Shown piece by piece: positions 59,146 through 64,000 of a stretch of 64,000 bases of DNA; the first letter of the stretch is position 1; each line of letters starts with the position of its first letter. Both the position numbers and the translations under genes were made by a program. The notes below the pieces were generated by a model, which was not told the origin of the DNA, did not search any database, and saw only the letters and a list, made by a program, of their open reading frames with translations. Source of the stretch: Gemmatimonadota bacterium (GTDB taxonomy: Bacteria; Gemmatimonadota; Gemmatimonadetes; Gemmatimonadales; Gemmatimonadaceae); assembly GCA_040389905.1 (NCBI GenBank), contig JAZJZK010000025.1:1-64000 (forward strand), given 5' to 3'.

Positions 59146-59880
59146 TCAGCGGCTCGTCGTTCCCCAGAGGCCGAGTTTCGTCGTGCCGCCTGCGGTGAGT
59201 TGCGACGTCGGCAACTCGATTACGATCGACAGCACGTTCGCGCCGTAGAGGGCGTCAACGGCCGTTGCTGCTGAGCGGAATGAACTCGCGGACGGTGCAT
59301 CGGGGATCTGCGAAAGCGACCCGGTACTCGGCTTACGATCGGGGAGGATGCGGAGAAATGTCTCGAGATCGAGGAAGAACGGATCCTGGCGCGCACCGGC
59401 GTACACCTGAATTCCCGATGTGGTGCCGATCACCTGATTGATGCTGCCGGTCACCGCGGGCGTGACGTCGGCGACGGTATTCGACATTGCACCGACAACC
59501 GGCGGCGCCATCGGGCCGCGTACCTCGACGGTTTGATTGGCACCTGTTCCGCGGAACGTCACTTGGACGACCTTATCTTCTTTCGCGTCGCCTGTGTTGT
59601 CGATCTTGAACTGATACAGAACATTCGGATCGAACGACGCACCCGGTGTCTGTGCCGGTGTCAGGAGCGGGCGCGTGTTCATCGCGAGCACGATGCGATC
59701 CGCGGACGCGCCGGGAAACGCATAGAAGTCGCTCATGTCCATCGCTGGGTTGAGCTCGACCAGCGGGTTGTCCTGATGGTCCGACGCGCTTGCTGCGCGT
59801 GCCCTGATGAGACCGAACATCGCGAGCGCTGTGAGCGCTGCAAGCCCAATGCGGGCTCGGCGGTCCATACGAAACTGCAT
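59146..59880 (-). CDS. DUF4331 protein (N-terminal-type half)
   Basis: GGAGG RBS; signal then ASDHQDNP; DMSDFYAF; YQFKIDN; GARQDPFF; NVLSIVIELP. Confidence 0.82.
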   Translation of the reverse strand: MQFRMDRRARIGLAALTALAMFGLIRARAASASDHQDNPLVELNPAMDMSDFYAFPGASADRIVLAMNTRPLLTPAQTPGASFDPNVLYQFKIDNTGDAKEDKVVQVTFRGTGANQTVEVRGPMAPPVVGAMSNTVADVTPAVTGSINQVIGTTSGIQVYAGARQDPFFLDLETFLRILPDRKPSTGSLSQIPDAPSASSFRSAATAVDALYGANVLSIVIELPTSQLTAGGTTKLGLWGTTSR

Positions 59881-59989
59881 TGTGATCCTCCGTGGTGGCG
59901 CGTTGTGTTGTCGATTACGCCAACCGCTCGGAATTGGATCTCTCGCGACCAACGGGCACGGATGCGAATGACAGAAGCGTCACGTTTTT

Positions 59990-60184
59990 ACCGCGGAGGG
60001 CGCAGAGGAGCAGAGGAACGCAGAGGAAGGCGTGAGAGGTGCAGACCCTCGACTCGCGTCGCTCGCTCGGGGTGACAACGTTGGCGTTGTTCCCCTCGTT
60101 TTGTCGCCCTGAGCTTGAGCGAAGGGCCCGCACCTTCAGCTGTAGTTCCTCTGCGAACCTCTGCGCCTCTGCGCCCTCTGCGGT
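59990..60184. repeat. Composite palindrome: family B half-elements nested inside family A arms
   Basis: A arms at about 59990-60027 and 60147-60184; B units at 60038-60077 and 60102-60134. Confidence 0.82.
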
Positions 60185-60234
60185 TCAAATGACACCGCCG
60201 GTGTACTGCCAATTTGTAGCCTGAGGCGGACGCT

Positions 60235-60642
60235 CTATCGTCGCGGAACGATGGCCATTGTGCATCGCGACACACAGACCATTCGTCCTTGCTCGTCTAC
60301 AATCTCCACGGCCCACACATGCGACGTGCGGCCGACATGCACGGGCTTCGCCGTCGCGGTGACGATCCCTTCGGATTTTCCGCGCAGATGATTGCCGTTG
60401 ATCTCCTGGCCGACGGCGACGAACGCATCGAGATCGATGCGCGATGCCGCGCCGATGGATGCAACTGTCTCGGCTAACGCGATCGAAGCGCCGCCGTGCA
60501 GAATCCCGAACGGCTGATGCGTGCGATGGTCCACCGGCATCGTGGCAATGACACCAGCGTCGTCGATCGACACGAGCTCGATGCCGAGCACGCCCGCCAT
60601 CCCATTGGTGGCGATGGCGGCGAGCGCCTCCCGTTGCGTCAC
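60235..60642 (-). CDS. PaaI/MenI-type hotdog thioesterase
   Basis: HQPFGILHGGASIALAET, GQEINGNH. Confidence 0.9.
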   Translation of the reverse strand: MTQREALAAIATNGMAGVLGIELVSIDDAGVIATMPVDHRTHQPFGILHGGASIALAETVASIGAASRIDLDAFVAVGQEINGNHLRGKSEGIVTATAKPVHVGRTSHVWAVEIVDEQGRMVCVSRCTMAIVPRR

Positions 60643-62129
60643 GGAACGACGCGTGGCGGACGCGTCTTCATCAGCGCTTCGATCTCGGATATCTCGCGCG
60701 GCACGGTACTGATCCGTTCGAGGCCCTGCGGCGTAATGATGTAGTCGTCTTCGATGCGGACGCCGGTGTTCTCGTACCGCGCCACCACCGGCCTCACTTT
60801 CGCGATGAAGGCGCGATTCTTCGGTGTGTCCGGGAGCACATCGAGCATCGATGTCGAGAGATAGATGCCAGGCTCGATGGTAAATGCATCGCCCTGCTTG
60901 AAGGTCTTGTCGCCCTTGTAGAACTGCGCGGGATCGTGAACGGCGAGCCCGAGTCCGTGGGAGATTCCGTGAATCGTCCAGAAGCTCGCCTGCGTGCACC
61001 CGCGCTTGTTGACCGTGCAGTTGGTCGGCCACGGCATGTCCAGTGTGGCGTCGGCACTCTCGATGAGGCCGAGCGCAGCGAGTCCCTTCGCTCGGACATC
61101 GAACGACGAGTCCGACGATGCTGACGCCTTCATGCCCGGCTTTGCGTTCCGCTCGGCGGCTGCCTGCGCGTCGCGAACGAGTTGATAGATCGACCGCTGC
61201 TCGGGTGTGAATGTTCCACTCACGGGAATCGTTCGCGTGATGTCCGCGGCGTACCCCTCATACTCCGTTGCGGCGTCCATCACCACGACGTCGCCCGGCT
61301 TGATGTCGCCGCGATCCTTCATGTAGTGCAGCTGCGTGCCGCGCGCGCCACCGCCTACGATCGACCCGTACGAGGGGCGCGCACCGCCAAGACGCATGAA
61401 TTGATATTCGAGCGCGGCCTGGAGTTCATATTCCTTCGTGGGCTGCGCGAGCGTCATCGCGGCGCGGTGCCCTTCGGAGCTGATCTCCGCGGCCTTCTTC
61501 AACAGCGCGAACTCGGCGGGGCTCTTCCTGGCGCGCAATTCGTCCACGATCTCGTGCGCGTCCTTGACGGTGAGCCCGGGATTTCGCGTGGCGAGCGACT
61601 TCATGAACGCCGCGCCGCGCGTGAGCGAGTCCACGTCGGCAAAGTCCGCGTCGGAGAAGTCCGCGAGGTAGTAAAACGGAACACCGGTCTTTGCGAGCGA
61701 GTCGACGACCTTGGTGATCGCGGACGCCGCTCTGGCGTTCATGCGATAGTCACGCACCACAGCGGCCGAGTCTGGACGCCGGCCGTAGTAGAAGGCCGTT
61801 CGTGGTTCGATCGGCGTGAGAAAGACCGTGCTCGTTGCCTTTCCGTTCTTCGCCTGCAGGACGAACGCAGCGTCCGGCTCGTCGAAGTTTGTCAGGTAGT
61901 GGAACGCGGGCAGTTGAAAGAAGGTGCCGAAATCGGTGATCGGCGTGCGTCCGCCAAACGCGACAACGACGCCGTTGCCGATTCGCGCCGCGAGCGAGTC
62001 GCGACGCGCGGCGTATTCGGCGGCGGGGATCTGCGCGGATGCGAGTTGCGCAACACACAGGAGTCCTAACACACGCCGAAAAAGTGCAGGCCCTTCGCTT
62101 CGATCAGGGCGACAATGTGGGGCGATCAT
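60639..62129 (-). CDS. Exported Xaa-Pro aminopeptidase (M24B)
   Basis: LHY, DAA..Y.ADITRT, HGISHGLGLAVHD, TIEPG, GVRIEDD. Confidence 0.92.
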   Translation of the reverse strand: MIAPHCRPDRSEGPALFRRVLGLLCVAQLASAQIPAAEYAARRDSLAARIGNGVVVAFGGRTPITDFGTFFQLPAFHYLTNFDEPDAAFVLQAKNGKATSTVFLTPIEPRTAFYYGRRPDSAAVVRDYRMNARAASAITKVVDSLAKTGVPFYYLADFSDADFADVDSLTRGAAFMKSLATRNPGLTVKDAHEIVDELRARKSPAEFALLKKAAEISSEGHRAAMTLAQPTKEYELQAALEYQFMRLGGARPSYGSIVGGGARGTQLHYMKDRGDIKPGDVVVMDAATEYEGYAADITRTIPVSGTFTPEQRSIYQLVRDAQAAAERNAKPGMKASASSDSSFDVRAKGLAALGLIESADATLDMPWPTNCTVNKRGCTQASFWTIHGISHGLGLAVHDPAQFYKGDKTFKQGDAFTIEPGIYLSTSMLDVLPDTPKNRAFIAKVRPVVARYENTGVRIEDDYIITPQGLERISTVPREISEIEALMKTRPPRVVP

Positions 62130-64000
62130 GGGACGGGCCTCTGCGGTTGGCCGATCTGATATTCCTTCGGCGGCTCGGCGCCCATCAAGTTCTTCACGAA
62201 GTAGTCCCACCGTTTCCTCATCATGTATGGCGACATCGCGCCGTAGCCGTGTCCCTGGTTCGGCAGCATCAGCAGATCGAAATCCTTGTTCGCCTTGATC
62301 AGCGCATCAGCCACGAGCGTCGTGTTATCGGGCGGGACGTTCTCGTCCAGCGTTCCATGTGCGAGCAGGAGTTTGCCCTTGAGATTCTTGACCAACGACT
62401 GATTGGCTTCCGGCGAATAGTTGTCGGTGCCGTCGGGATTCCGCGTGAGCAGCCCCTGGTAGCGCTCACCCCAGTCATCTTCGTAGACGCGATTGTCGTG
62501 GTTTCCCGACTCCGCGATGCCGACCCTGAAGAAATCGGGATAACGGAACATCGCATCGGCCGTGGCGAACCCGCCGCCGGAGTGACCCCAGATGCCGGCT
62601 TTGTCCAGATCGATGAACGGATAACGCGCAGCCAACTCCTTCATTCCCGCGACCTGATCGGGCAGCGTGTTGTCGCCCATCTTTCCGTAGTACGCGTCGT
62701 GAAATGACTTGGAGCGCCACGGCGTTCCCATGCCATCGATCTCGACGACGATGAAGCCCAGTTCTGCCAGCGCCTGATTGTCGCCGCGCGCAGGGTTGAA
62801 GCCTCGTCCCCCGACGCTTCCCGTTTGCGGTCCGGGGTAGATATGGTTGATCACCGGATACTTCTTCGTCGAGTCGAGCCGGCTTGGCGTGTACATCAGG
62901 CCGTAGAGATCCGTCTTGCCGTCGCGCGCCTTCACGGTAATCGGCACCGGTGCCTTCCAACCACTCGCGACCAAGCGCGTGATGTCCGCCTTCTCGAGCG
63001 TCGCGATCAACTTGCCCGCCGCGTCGCGCAGCACAGTGACTGGCGCAACGTTGGGCTGCGCGTACGAGTCGACGAAATACCGTCCCGATGGCGAGAGCGC
63101 GACATCATGGTCGCCGTTCTCAGGGGTCAGGATAGCGAAGTTCTTTCCATCCATTCCCACTCGACAGAACTGCTTGAAATACGGATCGCGGCCGGGCGTC
63201 TTGCCAACGCAGCCGAACCAGAGCGTCCGCGTCTTTTCGTCCGTACGCAGCAGTTGCGTCACGTTGCCGACGCCGGTCGTGATCTGATTCTTGAGCTTCC
63301 CCGTGGTAAGGTCATACAGGTAGAGCTGACCCCAGTCATCGCGCTCCGAGAACCAGATGACTTCGTTCGATGCTGGCAGCACATGCCAGTTGACCTTCCC
63401 ATTCCCCGACTCGAATTGCGTCGCCACCGTTTCCTGCAGCACGTCGCGAACGGCACCGGTGTTCGCGTCGGCAATGCGGAGCTTCACGGCCTTGTGGTCT
63501 CGCGAGACGGACACGAAGGCAACGTGCGAACCATCGGCGTACCACTCGACATCGGTCCATTCGTCTCCACGACAGGAGATATCATCGCACAGCGTGGAGC
63601 GATGCTCGTCGGCCGGCATCTGGAGCCGAGTCAGCTTCGCGGCGTCGACATCGATGACGACGCGCTGGATGGTCGTGATGATGCTGTCGCCCGGCAGCGG
63701 GTACGGCCAGGCGTGCAGCTCCGGATGTCCCGCCCTCGTGGCAACGACGTACATCTGGCCAACGCCTCGCTCGTCCTGCTGAAAGGTCGCGATCTTCTTC
63801 GAATCCGGTGACCACAGGAGAATCGGCCGGTCGCTGCGCGTCCATCCCGCATTGTCCGTCGCGTAGCCGAAATTCTTCACCCCATCCGTCGTGAGTGCTG
63901 TTTCCTTTCCGGTCGAAACGTCACGCACCCAGAGGTTGTAATTCCTGATGAACGCGGCGCGCTTGCCGTCGGGCGAGCGTGATTCGGGCCGCCCCGAGGC
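62126..64000 (-). CDS. Dipeptidyl-peptidase IV-like S9B peptidase (5' end outside window)
   Basis: GHSGGG nucleophile, DENV, HG triad; WSPD propeller; frame open to the window edge. Confidence 0.93.
   Translation of the reverse strand, partial: ASGRPESRSPDGKRAAFIRNYNLWVRDVSTGKETALTTDGVKNFGYATDNAGWTRSDRPILLWSPDSKKIATFQQDERGVGQMYVVATRAGHPELHAWPYPLPGDSIITTIQRVVIDVDAAKLTRLQMPADEHRSTLCDDISCRGDEWTDVEWYADGSHVAFVSVSRDHKAVKLRIADANTGAVRDVLQETVATQFESGNGKVNWHVLPASNEVIWFSERDDWGQLYLYDLTTGKLKNQITTGVGNVTQLLRTDEKTRTLWFGCVGKTPGRDPYFKQFCRVGMDGKNFAILTPENGDHDVALSPSGRYFVDSYAQPNVAPVTVLRDAAGKLIATLEKADITRLVASGWKAPVPITVKARDGKTDLYGLMYTPSRLDSTKKYPVINHIYPGPQTGSVGGRGFNPARGDNQALAELGFIVVEIDGMGTPWRSKSFHDAYYGKMGDNTLPDQVAGMKELAARYPFIDLDKAGIWGHSGGGFATADAMFRYPDFFRVGIAESGNHDNRVYEDDWGERYQGLLTRNPDGTDNYSPEANQSLVKNLKGKLLLAHGTLDENVPPDNTTLVADALIKANKDFDLLMLPNQGHGYGAMSPYMMRKRWDYFVKNLMGAEPPKEYQIGQPQRPVP

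Overview
GC-rich bacterial DNA; gene content suggests Gemmatimonadota (inference, not tested). From left to right: (1) the 3' end of a clade II N2O-reductase cluster (nosZ, fused nosB-nosL, nosDFY, a cupredoxin lipoprotein); (2) a type I restriction-modification locus (hsdM, rhuM-like, hsdS, hsdR) whose hsdS is frameshifted at a (GGCA)5 tract, a probable phase-variable specificity switch; (3) probable anoxia/NO-stress genes (DUF542, a small heme-copper-oxidase-like protein, an NMO/FabX-like flavoprotein, YceI, a beta-barrel, a USP); (4) a ~13 kb minus-strand operon with three multiheme cytochromes (9, 20 and 16 heme motifs), a porin, two TPR proteins and a full ccmABCDEFGH set, which looks like a self-contained quinol-to-surface electron conduit; (5) accessory genes: ECF sigma module, P450, a GT2/YdjC/GT87 triad, kinases, an L,D-transpeptidase, a DUF4331-TPR-HupE cluster and peptidases. 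Three kinds of palindromic repeat lie mostly between genes. I recognised no rRNA, tRNA, CRISPR array, transposase or integrase. All family calls come from reading motifs by eye, not from database searches.
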